64,000 nucleotides of DNA from Heterodontus francisci (Eukaryota), in NCBI RefSeq assembly GCF_036365525.1, contig NC_090404.1, forward strand, positions 3,844,001 through 3,908,000. Direction: 5' to 3'. Made by a program: the position numbers and the translations under genes. Shown in pieces: positions 49,300-61,859 of this stretch (positions are counted from its first letter, which is position 1; each line of letters starts with the position of its first letter). A model generated the notes under the pieces. That model saw only the letters and a list, made by a program, of their open reading frames with translations. It had not been told where the DNA came from and made no database searches.

Positions 49300-52200
49300 A
49301 AGTGATAGTTCATCTGGGGAGTGCAGTCAGATCCACGTCCATGGGACCACGGTTGGCTCAGTTGCACAGAGGGCACTAAGAAGATTGCAAGAGCAATAGT
49401 GATAGGGGATTCGATAGTTAGGGGGATAGACAGGCGTTCTGTGGCCACAGACGTGAATGCAGGATAGTGCCTTGCTTCCCCGGTGCCAAGGTCAAGCATG
49501 CCACTGAACGGCTGCAGCTCTCCCTGAGGAGTGATGGTGTTGGGGGGTGGGGCGGGGGAGTGAGGATCGTAAACAGCCAGCAGCCGTGGTCCACATTCGT
49601 ATCACGACATAGGCAGAAAGAGGGATGTGGTCCAGCAATCTGAATTTAGGGGACTAGGTAGAAAATTAGCAAGCAGGGCCTGAAAAGAAGTTATCTACAG
49701 TTTTCTCTTAGTATCACGCGCACGTAAGTATAGAAATAGGAGGATAAAGCAGATGAATAATTGGCTGGAAAGATGGTGTGTGAGGGAGGGCTTTCGATTC
49801 TTGGGAGTTTGGGACCAACTCACGGGGAGATGGAACCTGTAAAGGCTGCACAGGTTGCAGCTAAACAGAGCCAGGACCAATTTCCTTGTGGGGCGCCATT
49901 GTAGTGCTATTGGGGAAGATTTAAACTTAACTTGTCAGGGGTGTGAGAACCAGGAGGAAACATCAGAGAGGAATACCAAGGTGCACAGAATACTAAGAAA
50001 TATAGCCAGCAATAAAGGAGGAAAGGACAACATGATAACATCTAAATTAGGGTCGTTCTGCATGGGTATGAATGCGCAGAATGTGGTAAATAGAATTGGT
50101 GAGTTACAGGCACGGTTTGCCAGTAGAAGTATGATGTCATGGCGATAACAGAGACCTAGTTCAAAGAAGGGCAGAACTGGGTATTTCATATTCCTGGATA
50201 CAAGGTGTTCAGGAAAGATAGGAAAGGAAAGAACGGACGAGGGGCAGAAGTATTGATTGAGGAGAACACTGCAGCGCTGGAGCGAGATGTTGTTCGAGAG
50301 GCGTCAAGGACAGCATTTATTTAGACTACAGCTAAGGAACAAAAATGTGCAATTACATTGCTCAGTGTTGTCTGCAGGCCACCAACTAGTGGGAAAGATG
50401 TAGAGGGACAAATTTGCAAGGAAATTATAGAGAGATGCAAGAATTATAAAGCAGTCAGCATGGGGAACTTTAATTATCCGAATGTAGACTGAAATAGTTG
50501 TAGTGTAAATGGCAAAGAGAGGCAGAAGTTCCCAAAGAGTGCCCATGAAAATCTTCTCCAGCAGTATGTTTCCAGTCCAAGGAGAAAGGATACACTGCTA
50601 GACCTGCTTCTTGGGAAAGAGAAGGACCAAGTAGATAATGTGTTAGTAGGGGAACATTTAAGGGACAGTGATCATTGCATCATAAGGTTTAGGTTGGTTA
50701 CGAGAATGACAAGGAACAATACAGAGTAAGAATAATTAACTGGGGGGAAATCAACTTCAATGGGGTAAAAATGGATCTGACCTGGATAAATTGGAATCAA
50801 AGGTTGGCAGGCAAAATTGTAAATGAACATGTGCTACCTTGAAAGAAGAGATAGTTTGGACACTGTCATGGTATATTCCCCCGAAGGGGCCACGTAGGGC
50901 AAACAATCCAGAGCTCCCTCGATGACGGAAGAGATAGAGATTAAGATGAGGAAGAAAAATGTGTTTATGACAGATGTCAGATGAATAATACAACTGAGAA
51001 CCAGGCTGAATATGGAAGGTTTAGTGGGGAAGAGGAAAAGCAAATAAGAAGCAAAAAGACTGGCAGCTAGCAAAAAAGGGAATTCAATAGTTGTCTTTTG
51101 GCATATAAAGAGTAACAGGGTGGCAAAAGGAGGAATGAGTCTGATTAGGGAGCAAAACGTGGATTTACATATGGAGGCAATGGACATAGCTGAAGAATTA
51201 AATGAATATTTTGCTTCAGTCTCTATCAAGGAAGAAACCAATGCGCAAGTCATAGTGAAAGAGAAGGTAATTCAGCTGCTTGAAGGGTTGACATTTTCTA
51301 AGGAGGTGGTATTGGATGGGCTGTCTGTAACTAAAGTTGGTAAACCACCAGGACCGGATCAGATGCATTCAAGGATACGGAAGGAAGGAAGAGTGGAAAT
51401 TTCCAAGTCCTCCTTAGACTCGGGTGTGGTGTCAGAAGACTGGAGGATTGCGAATGTTCAAAAAACAGTGTAGAGATAAGTCTAGGAACTACAGGCCACT
51501 CTGTTTAACCTCGGTGACGGGAAAGCTTCTAGAAAGGATAATGCTGGACAAAATTAATAATCACTTGGGTAAATATGGGTTAACTAAGGAAAACCACCAC
51601 GGATTTATTAACGGTAAATCATGCTTAAAAGATTGCTGGAGGGTTGATGAAGGTAATGCTGTTGATGTGGTGTACGTGGACTTCCATTACGCATTTGATA
51701 AGTGCCACACAATAGACGTGTGAGCAAAGTTATAGCTTATGGAATAAAATGGACAGTAGCAACATGGATACAAAATTGGCTGTGTGACAGGAAACAGAGA
51801 GTAGTGGTTGATGGATATTTTTCGGACTGGACGAAGGTTTGCAGTGGAGCTCCCCAGGGATCGGTGTTAGGACCCTTGCTGTTCCTGATATAGGTTAATG
51901 ACCTAGACCTTGGTGTGCAGCGCACAATTTCAGAATTTGAGGCTGATATGAAACTTGACAGAATTGTGAACTGTGACGAGGATAGTGTAGAACTTCAAAA
52001 GATGGGTTGGTGGAATGGGCCGTCAAATAGCAGACAAAATTTAATGCAGAGAAGTGAGAAGTGATTCATTTTGATAGGACGAATGCGGGGGGGGGGGGGG
52101 GGGGATTCCAAAGGGGGTGCAGGAGCAGAGGAACCTGGGTGTGTATGTATACTAATCATTAAAGTGGGCAGGACAGGCTGAAAGAACGGTTAATAAAGAG

Positions 52201-53102
52201 TTTATAAATATGGGCATAGAGTACAAAAGCGAGAAAGTTATCTTAAACTTGTACAGAACACAAGTTCGGCCTCAGCTGGAGTTTTGCATCCAGTACGGGG
52301 CGCCACACTTTAGGAAAAATGTGAAAGCATTAGACGGAGTACGATAGAGATTCATGAGAATGGTTCCAGGAATGAGAAACTTTAGTTACGTTCATAGATT
52401 GGACACCTTAGGAAGTATGTATTGGCTTTGGGGGGAGAGCAGCACAGATTTACCAGATGATATCTGGACTCCAAGGGTTAAACTAAGAGATTGCAAAAAC
52501 TAATGTTGTATTTCCTGGAATTTAGACGGTTCAGGGTGCTTTGATTGCAATTTTCAAGATAGAGAACCAATTTGCAGGGCTAAGGGGTCAAGGAGAGTGA
52601 GACTGGTTGAGTTGATCTTCCAGAGAGCTGGTACAGACACAACGGGTCGAATAGCCTCCTTCTATGCTGTACAATTCGATGGTCCTATGATTCTATAAGT
52701 TGGGACTGTTTTACTTGGAGAAGCGAAGGGAGAGAGGAGATTTAGTACCGTTTTCAAAATCATAAGGGGTCTGGACAGAGTGGATAGGGAAAATGTGTTC
52801 TCATTGGTGGAAGGATCGAGAACAAGAGGGCGCAGATTTAAGTTAATTGGCAAAAGAAACAATGGCGAAATGAGGAAATAGTTTCTCACGCAGCGAGTGG
52901 TTAGACTCTGGAATATTCTGTCTGCGAGTTTGGTGGAGGGGGCAGTTTCAAGCGAGGCATTCAAGCGGGATTGTATTGTTATCTGAAAATGCAGAATGTG
53001 AAGGGCTGCAGGGAAAAAGTAGGGAGTAGCTCTAAGTAAATTGTTCCTTTGGTGAGCTAGCGCAGACACGACGGGCCTTTTGTGCTGTAACAATTCTGTG
53101 AT
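49300..53102 (+). mobile_element. Decayed near full-length CR1 LINE (ORF1 esterase, endonuclease, RT) with appended 3' fragments
   Basis: RAIVIGDSIVRGIDR SGNH-like motif at ~49390, ELNEYFASV, NYRPLCLTSV, PQGSVLGPLLF, two tails at ~52690 and ~53100. Confidence 0.85.
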
Positions 53103-53274
53103 GAACCAAAATCCAAAGAACTACAATTCACACACACCCTGAGGGGAACATCAAGTCTCTGCCCTGCCAGAGGTTTTCATTGTCCTCTTTATATTCGCTT
53201 CAATAACGAATCACGAACTGTGGACGGAGGTTGCCTGGGTGTTGACTGCACCAGACACATAAACGTTACGGTTA

Positions 53275-53402
53275 AAGGTCTCAGAGTTGAAACGTTAACT
53301 CTATTTCACTCTCTACAGACGCTACTCGACATGCTGTATATCTCCACCAATTTCTGTTTTTATTTCAGATTTCCAACATCCGCAGTATTTTGCTTTTATT
53401 TA
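53275..53402 (+). mobile_element. Penelope pseudo-LTR fragment
   Basis: GAAACGTTAACTCT...TTTATTTCAGATTTCCA..ATCCGCAGTATTTTGCTTTTAT, reverse complement of 19056-19170. Confidence 0.7.
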
Positions 53403-54814
53403 AAGGTTACGGTGGCTTGTTTTGAACATACATTTCAGTGCAGTGTTACTTTTCCCTTCGGCCAGCATTTAAGCAACAGACTCCGCCACTTTGCCTTGGC
53501 GTCTCCATTCTATCACAAAGCAGTCGGGATGTTCGCCGTTGTCACCATAACCATCATCACCATAATTGTCAGTAGCATCCCCACTATAACACCGGGATTA
53601 CAGCAGTTACGGTGAGGATGGATTTTTACAGGAAAGGAAACACTGAGACATGATAAAATGATGACGAGCTGCGCGAGACGGTTCCGTACAATTCTGCCTG
53701 AGTCTGTAACTCTGCAGTCCGGGGAATCATCTATCAGGACATCAATACAGATCCCAGCCCCACTGCACTGCTGATTCAACCAATAACAGGGAATAACATA
53801 GCAATCTCTCCAACAACACAGGGGGTCAGAGCGACAAAAGCAAACGGAAGCTGCAGGAGGGGCTGCCGTGGGCAGTGCCGTCACATGTGAAATCGATTTG
53901 CATTGAACTGAATTCAATGATACAGTGGAAATTATTTAATTCTGCATCTCTATAAGGACGCGTTACTTGCATTGCAAATTCGGAGCAAGCAACCTCGAGA
54001 CAGGCATTTCAGAATTATGCTGTTTTATAGTCATAAAATCTTTCATCGCTGAAAGGGGTTAAACCAAGGAGCTGAATCTCTTGGTGGTTATCAGAACAAA
54101 TGGGGAACCTATCCTCAGGTTCTGGAGGTGAACAGTTCATTAACACTTACCTAACTTTTGCTATTATGGAACTGTAAGTGAATGCGACATTTATGAGCAT
54201 CAATATGAGAACAAGCGCAATTTCACCTGAAGTTATATTGAGAAAGAGCCAGTCACAATGACTGATGCAACATGACAAGCGTTGGGAATCCACGGCCTGA
54301 TACGCCAACTGGTGGCCGTCTTTAATGAACCTCCTGTTAACTGATGTTACAGAACACGGTAACTGTAACCCTCTGTTTGCGTCTCTCTGTATCACTCATT
54401 GTACTCAGTTTCACTTTTATCTATAACCCTATGTTGGTGTTGTCATATACCCACGTGACACCCTGCAGTCGACAGGCTCTGAGGCGCTGCCGGCCAGAGT
54501 TGAGGGACGTTTGTGTGACAGCAACCTCTGATCTGAACATCGAGTCCAGATAACAATGGAACAGATGAAAGCAGCAAGGAAAGTAAAACCGGTAGATTGA
54601 TTCTCTGCTAGAACTGTGTGTCCGATTCGATTCTGCAGTTTGTTTGCCCGGCCGCTCCTGGAAACAGTTGGGTGACAGTTTGATCCGAGGTTAATTTGGT
54701 TTCCTCTCGGTGTGTGTTTGAGCGCCTGACAGCACGCTGCACATTGTGGCCGCAACTGCCCACGATTCTACACAAACCCCAACAGACAGGAGCTCCCACC
54801 CACAGTCCAAAGGC

Positions 54815-54853
54815 AGTTTTTGTACAGGGGTGAGACCGTTTTCCATCACTGTG
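54815..54853 (-). promoter_or_regulatory. 23-bp-spacer recombination signal sequence of the TCR V
   Basis: CACAGTG (54853-54847), 23-nt spacer, ACAAAAACT (54823-54815). Confidence 0.95.
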
Positions 54854-55163
54854 AGTCTGAAGGCGCAGTAATACACGGCAGAGTCAGCCAGCTGCAGACG
54901 CGAGATGGTTAAACTGGTGAATTTAGTCGCGGTCTGGAGATCAGCAGAGAAACGGATTCCGACACCTTCTCCTCTCTGTTGCTTTGTATCCCAAGACCTT
55001 CTCCACACAACAAACTGGGGCTTTTTTTCTGCATGTTGCCGGTACCAACACAATTAATAGTCGCTTTCTGTGGTACTATAGGTACATCTTATAGTCACCG
55101 CTTCACCTTCTCTCCGGCTCTCTGAAGACTGGGACTGAGTAACAGAATCTCCATCACTCTGAT
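54854..55163 (-). pseudogene. T-cell receptor alpha/delta-type V exon with in-frame stop in CDR1
   Basis: DQSDGDSVTQSQSSESRREGEAVTIRCTYSTTESDY*LCWYRQHAEKKPQFVVWRRSW...RFSADLQTATKFTSLTISRLQLADSAVYYCAFR; TAA at 55056-55054; acceptor GTTATAG. Confidence 0.9.
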
Positions 55164-55265
55164 CTATAACGCGTGTTCAGGAAGAAAAGATCGAGAATTA
55201 AAAGGTGTTACCGAAATAATATTAACACAGTAGTTTGGACGCAACATAATTAAAGTCATCCTTAC

Positions 55266-55311
55266 CAAGAATAAACACAGAAAACAGAACCCAGGCGCTG
55301 AAGAGCCGCAT
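55266..55311 (-). CDS. Leader exon of the TCR V (MRLFSAWVLFSVFIL)
   Basis: GCCATG start, hydrophobic peptide, phase-1 donor G|GTAAG, 102-nt intron. Confidence 0.9.
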
Positions 55312-55339
55312 GGCCGCTGATAATCCCAAACCTGTTGGT

Positions 55340-55412
55340 CTCTTTAAAAGGCCAATCCAGGACCGGAACAGACCCCGTCAGAGGCTCCTATTGGCTAACG
55401 TCACTTCCTGGT
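55340..55412 (-). promoter_or_regulatory. TCR V promoter
   Basis: On - strand CAGGAAGTGACGTTAGCCAAT (ETS + CRE-like + CCAAT) at 55410-55390 and TTTTAAA ~35 bp above the ATG. Confidence 0.65.
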
Positions 55413-56164
55413 CTCATTGTTCCCCTCGAAACAATCTCCAGACCAACCGCCACATATTGAAATGAGATTCAAATGACGGCCAGGGAACAGTCACAGAATG
55501 AAGAATCTGATGGTGGAGTCAGTCACTCAGTGAGTGCAGTCTGTGATGTGAGGGAAACATTGGATTTGCTAAGGTTTTTTTTTTAAGTGACAGGAATCAG
55601 TCACACTGAGTGTTTGTCTATGTTTGTGCCGGTGTGTGAATACTCAACGCCAGCATCAACTTCATTATTATGCACATTCCCTGTTTACATTACACTATCC
55701 CCATTATCGGGTAGATTTCCCTTGGTCGCTATCTCTAGCAAAACATTGATCGCCTTTGGAAAGAATGAGCTTGCGGTTTCTTTTAAACAGCTTTCATTGA
55801 CGATTTCCACAGAACGACCAAAGCATATATTCTCCTTGTGTGTCCCCAGCAGAAGTTTCATCAAACCAGGCCCCCGTCAACCACCTCAGTCAGATTACAG
55901 ACAGTGAGTGAAATAAACTGAACAACTTCACCTACATTCAAACCCTATCTTTGTCACTTTGAGATAATATCTTACCGCCATCATCTGGCAGTGTTGCTAA
56001 TTTATCGGAGGGGAATATGAGCCAGTTCCGCAAATATCTGCTGGATCCGTTCGAATAATGTCTGAGTGAAACTAACAAGAGGCGCCATCCCATTGTGCTG
56101 AAATTAATCAGGTTTGGGATTATGGTGGATAATGCCATTGAGAAGAGTTTTTTAAAAAAATTCT

Positions 56165-56535
56165 TACATGGGATGTGGCTGTGGCTGACGGGCCAGCACT
56201 TGTTTCCCATCCCAAATTGCCCACGAAATGAGTTCACAGGGCAGTTAAGAGCCAATCACATTGTTGTGGGTCTGGAGTCACATGTAGGCCAGACCAAATA
56301 AAGACGGCAGATTTCCTTCCCCAAAAGGGCATCAGTGAACCAAATGTTTTTAATGACAATTGCTGATAGCCTTTCTGGCACCATTGCTGAGACAAGTTTT
56401 CAATTCCATATTTTTAATTCATTCAATTCATTCACCAGCTGTGGTGGAGGGATCTGAACTCAGGTCCCTAGGCCATCATCTTGAGTCTCTGGATTACTCG
56501 CGTTATTAATACCATTACGTCACCGTCTCCCCCAT
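56165..56535 (-). mobile_element. SINE/LINE-tail fragment
   Basis: Shares the GGCCAGCA..T..CCCATCCC tail with other LINE ends; tRNA-like head near 56440-56530. Confidence 0.5.
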
Positions 56536-57250
56536 GAAGTCCAAACCCGGGTTACAATCATATCTCCATGGGTGTGCCCTACATTCCGCAGTTTCATATT
56601 TCACGCATTTGTCGTTCAAACGGTAGCTTTGCAAAACTGCCAATTCCTTCAGTGCATTAAATTTTCATTCCATTAAGGATGGACAAAAAATTCTGGCCTT
56701 GCCAGCGACGTTCACATCTCAGGAAAGAATTTTTAAAAAAATCAGCAACTCATTCACCAGCATGGTAGGGAGAGCTTGTGATGGTGAATATCAGACAGTA
56801 ACTGACAAGGACAATGGTTTAAGCGGCCTGACAGCACCGCCGGGTGGGTGATGTAAGGTCCTAATGTTCACGTAGGTACATAACTCTCATCTGCTTGATC
56901 GAAACAACTTGAAAGTGCACAGACAAGCTGCTTGCTTTATGCTTATTTTTACACATCAATTATTAATCCAATTCCCTTATGCTCTTGAATATGATATTAA
57001 ACCTGCTTCTACTGGCCTGTCAGGCAGTATATTCCAGATCATAACAGTTCATTGCATAAAAATATGTCTCATGTCTACAACAACAACTTATATTTATCTA
57101 CCGCTGTTAATATAATGAAACGTCCCATCAGCTGGTAGCGTCCGTGATGTTACTGAAACATGAATCCTGCTGATACCGATGTTTTGGAGCCATAAGTCAC
57201 CGACTGCATTGTCATAACAAGGAATATTATATTTAATCAACATTGGGACC

Positions 57251-60200
57251 CTACGAATTAGGAGCAGAAGTAGGCCATTCGGCCCCTCGAGCCTGCTCCA
57301 CTATTCAATAAGGTCATGCCGGATCTGTTTCTGTCCCGAATTGCACACTCCCATCTATCCCCGATAATATTTGATTACCTTGCCTAACAAGAATCTATCC
57401 ACCTCGGCCTTAAAAATATTCAATGACCCCGACTCCACCACCTTCAGTGGCAGAGAGTTCCAAAGTCGCAGAAACCTCTGAGAAAAAAAAAATCTCCTCA
57501 TCTCTGTCCTAAAAGGGCGACCCCTAATTTTAAACAGTGCCCCTCGTTCTGCACTCACCCACAAGAGGAAACACCCTTTCCACATTGACCATGTCAAGAC
57601 CGTTCAGGAACTTATATACTTCAATCAAGTCTCCCCTCACTCTTCCAACCTCCAGTGAAAACAAAAGCCCTGGCTGTCCAACCTTTCCTCATAAGACAAC
57701 CCGCTCATTCCAGGTATCAATCTAGTAAACCTCCTCTGAACCGCCTCCAACGCATTTACATCCTTCTTTAAATAAGGAGACCAAAAGCTGCACACAGTAT
57801 TCGAGATGTGGTCTCACCAATGCGCTGTATAACTGAAGCATAACATCCTTACGTTTATTTTCCATTCCTCTCGGAATAAAGGATAGCATTCTATTAGTCT
57901 TCTTTATTACTTGTTTTACCTGCATACCCGCTTTTTGTGACTCATGCACTAGAACACCGAGATCTCTCTGCACCTGGGAGTTCTGCAGTCATTCTCCATT
58001 TAAGAACTACTCTGTTTTTTTCATTTTCCTGCCAAAGTGAACAACTTCACATTTTCCCACATTATACTCCATCTGCTAGATTTTTGCCCACTCATTCAAC
58101 CTATTATTATCGGCCTGCAATCTCCTTATGTCCCATTCACAACATTCTTTCCTACATATCTTTGTGTCATCTATAAATTTAGCTACCAAGCCATCACTCC
58201 CCTCATCTAAGTCATTGATATAAATTGTAATTGAACCAATGTCCTTGGGGGTGCCTTTGCGAACGCTGTTGGGGAGGGTTTAAACTAATGTGGCAGGGGG
58301 ATGGGAACCAAATGATGAGGACAGTGGACAGTAAGGAGGTAGTAACTAAAGCCTGTAAGGAACGAGATAATGAAGTCAGCGTGACTAAGGGAAAGAGTAG
58401 ACAGGGAGCAGATGATGAACGCAAAGGGACTGGTGGTCTGAGGTGCATTTGTTTTAATGCAAGAAGTGTAGTAGGTAAGGCAGATGAACTTAGGGCCTGG
58501 ATTAGTACCTGGGAGTATGATGTTATTGCTATTACTGAGACTTGGTTGAGGGAAGGGCATGATTGGCAACTAAATATCCCAGGATATCGATGCTTCCGGC
58601 GGGATAGAGAGGGAGGTAAAAGGGGTGGAGGAGTTGCAGTACTGGTCAAAGAGGATGTCACAGCTGTGCTGAAGGAGGGCACTATGGAGGACTCGAGCAG
58701 TGAGACAATATGGGCAGAATTCAGAAATAGGAAGGGTGCGGTAACAATGTTGGGGCTGTACTACAGGCTTCCCAACAGCGAGCGTGAGATAGAGGTACAA
58801 ATATGTAAACAGATTATGGAAAGATGGAGGAGCAACAGGGTGGTGGTGATAGGAGATTTTAATTTTCCCAACATTGACTGGGATTCACTTAGTGTTAGAG
58901 GTCCAGATGGAGCAGAATTTATAAGGAGCATCCAGGAGGGTTTTCTAGAGCAGTATGTAAATAGTCCAACTCGGGAAGGGGCCATACTGGACCTGGTGTT
59001 GGGGAATGAGCCGGGCCAGGTGGTTGAAGTTTCAGTAGGGGACTACTTTGGGAATAGTGATCACAATTCCGTAAGTTTTAGAATACTCATGGACAAAGAC
59101 GAGAGTGGTCCCAAAGGAAGAGTGCTAAATTGGGGGAAGGCCAACGATACCAAAATTCGGCAGGAGCTGGGGAATGTAAATTGGGAGCAGCTGTTTGAAG
59201 GTAAATCCACATTTGATATGTGGGAGGCTTTTAAAGAGAGGTTGATTAGCGTGCAGGAGAGACATGTTCCTGTGAAAATGAGGGATAGAAATGGCAAGAT
59301 TAGGGAACCATGGATGACAGGTGAAATTGTGAGAATAGCTAAGAGGAAAAAGGAAGCATACATAAGGTCTAGGAGGCTGAAGAAAGACGGAGCTTTGAAA
59401 GAATATCGGGAATGTAGGACCAATCTGGAACGAGGAATTAAGAGGGCTAAAAGGGGTCATGAAATATCTTCAGCAAACAGGGTTAAGGAAAATCCCAAAG
59501 CCTTTTATTCATATATAAGGAGCAAGAGGGTAACTAGAGAAAGGATTGGCCCACTCAAGGACAAAGGAGGAAAGTTAAGCGTGGAGTCAGAGAAAATGGG
59601 TGAGATTCTAAACGAGTACTTTGCATCGGTCTTCACCGAGGAGAGGGACATGACGGATGTTGAGGTTAGGGACAGATGTTTGATTATTCTAGGTCAAGTC
59701 GGCATAAGGAGGGAGGAAGTGTTGGGTATTCTAAAAGGCATTAAGGTGGACACGTCCCCAGGTCCGGATGGGATCTATCCCAGGTTACTGAGGGAAGCGA
59801 GAGAGGAAATAGCTGGGGCCTTAACAGATATCTTTGCAGCATCCTTAAGCACGGGAGAGGTCCCGGAGGACTGGAGAATTGCTAATGTTGTCCCCTTGTT
59901 TAAGAAGGGTAGCAGGGAAAATCCAGGTAATTATAGACCGGTGAGCCTGACGTCAGTGGTAGGGAAGCTGCTGGAGAAGATACTGAGGGATAGGATCTAT
60001 TCCCATTTGGAAGAAAATGGGCTCATCAGTCATAGGCAACATGGCTTTGTGCAGGGAAGGTCATGTCTTACCAACTTAATAGAATTCTTTGAGGAAGTAA
60101 CAAAGTTGATTGATGAGGGAAGGGCTGTAGATGTCATATACATGGACTTCAGTAAGGCGTTTGATAAGGTTCCCCATGGTAGGCTGATGGAGAAAGTGAA

Positions 60201-61765
60201 GTCGCATGGGATCCAGGGTGTACTAGCTAGATGGATAAAGAACTGGCTGGGCAACAGGAGACAGAGAGTAGCAGTGGAAGGGAGACGTGTGACCAGTGGT
60301 GTTCCACAGGATCTGTGCTGGGACCACTGTTGTTTGTGATATACATAAATGATTTGGAGGAAAGTATAGGTGGTTTGATAGCAAGTTTGCAGACGACACT
60401 AAGATTGGTGGAGTTGCAGATAGTGAAGGGGACTGTCAGAGAATACAGCAGAATATAAATAGATTGGAGAGTTGGGCAGAGAAATGGCAGATGGAGTTCA
60501 ATCAGGGCAAATGCGAGGTGATGCATTTTGGAAGATCCAATTCAAGAGTGAATTATACAGTAAATGGAAAAGTCCTGGGGAAAATTGATGTACAGAGAGA
60601 TTTGGGTGTTCAGGTCCATTGTTCCCTGAAGGTGGCAACGCAGGACAATAGAGTGGTCAAGAAGGCATACGGCATGCTTTCCTTCATCGGACGGGGTATT
60701 GAGTACAAGAGTTGGCAGGTCATGTTACAGTTGTATAAGACTTTGGTTCGGCCACATTTGGAATACTGCGTGCAGTTCTGGTCGCCACATTACCAAAAGG
60801 ATGTAGATGCTTTGGAGAGGGTGCAGAGGAGGTTCACCAGGATGTTGCCTGGTATGGAGGGCGCTAGCTATGAAGAGAGGTTGAGTAGATTAGGATTATT
60901 TTCATTAGAAAGACGGAGGTTGAGGGGGGACCTGATTGATGTGTACAAAATCATGAGAGGTATAGACAGGGGATTCAATTACTAGGAGTCACGAGTTCAA
61001 AGTGAGAGGGGAAAAGTTTAGGGGGGATATGCGTGGAAAGTTCTTTACGCAGAGGGTGGTGGGTGCCTGGAACGCGTTGCCAGCGGAGGTGGTAGACGCG
61101 GGCACGATAGCATCTTTTAAGATGTATCTAGACAGATACATGAATGGGCAGGAAGCAAAGAGATACAGACCCTTAGAAAATAGGCGACATGTTTAGATAG
61201 AGGATCTGGATCGGCGCAGGCTTGGAGGGCCGAAGGGCCTGTTCCTGTGCTGTAATTTTCTTTGTTCTTTGTTCGTTGTAATAAGTTGAAGTCCCAGCAC
61301 AGACTCTTGCGGGACTCTCGTAACATCCTTCCAATCAGAGAAGGACCCATTTATGCATACTCTCTGTTTTCTGCCTGCCAGCCGATCTTCTATCCATGCT
61401 AATATGTTACCCCCTATACCATGAGCAATAATCTTTGATGTGGCACCTTGTCAAACGCCTTCTGGAAATCCAAGTACACTACGTCAACGGCTCCCCTTTA
61501 TCCACAGTGCATGTTATTCCTTCAAAGAACTCCAATAAATTGGTTAAACATGATTTCCCTTTCACAAAACCATGCTGACTATTCCCGATTACCTTGAGTT
61601 TGTATAAGTGCCCATCTATAGCCTCCTGAATGATCGATTCCAACACCTTACGCACGACAGACGTCACGCTAACTGGCCTATAGGTACTTGTTTTATATCT
61701 CTCCTGCCCCCCACCCCACCGCCCACCACCCCCATCTTTCGTGAATAGAGTGGTTATATTTGATA
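57251..61765 (-). mobile_element. CR1 LINE split by a younger opposite-strand CR1
   Basis: Minus ORFs 57355-57597, 57722-57973 and 61479-61772 (YRPVSVTSVVRK, KSCLTNLLEFFE) are colinear across the insert. Confidence 0.88.
58232..61275 (+). mobile_element. Young CR1 LINE, near-complete ORF2 (702-aa open frame, then frameshifts)
   Basis: ORFs 58231-60339, 60464-60985, 61002-61196; (TTCTTTG)n tail; TTGTAAT at 58225-58231 and 61276-61282 (TSD). Confidence 0.95.
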
Positions 61766-61859
61766 TTAACAATACTCAGGTTACTGCACAGCCTAATTTC
61801 AAGAGACCACGAATCCTTAGAAATAACCGAAAGGAAAATTAATGGTTGAGTTTATTTCC

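Noticed and set aside
53513-53620. Hydrophobic ORF end resembling a TM segment
   Set aside because: Derived from simple ATG/GTG-like repeats with no convincing acceptor
54660-54739. J-like peptide NQINLGSNCHPTV after the second RSS
   Set aside because: Lacks the FGxG motif and a proper splice donor
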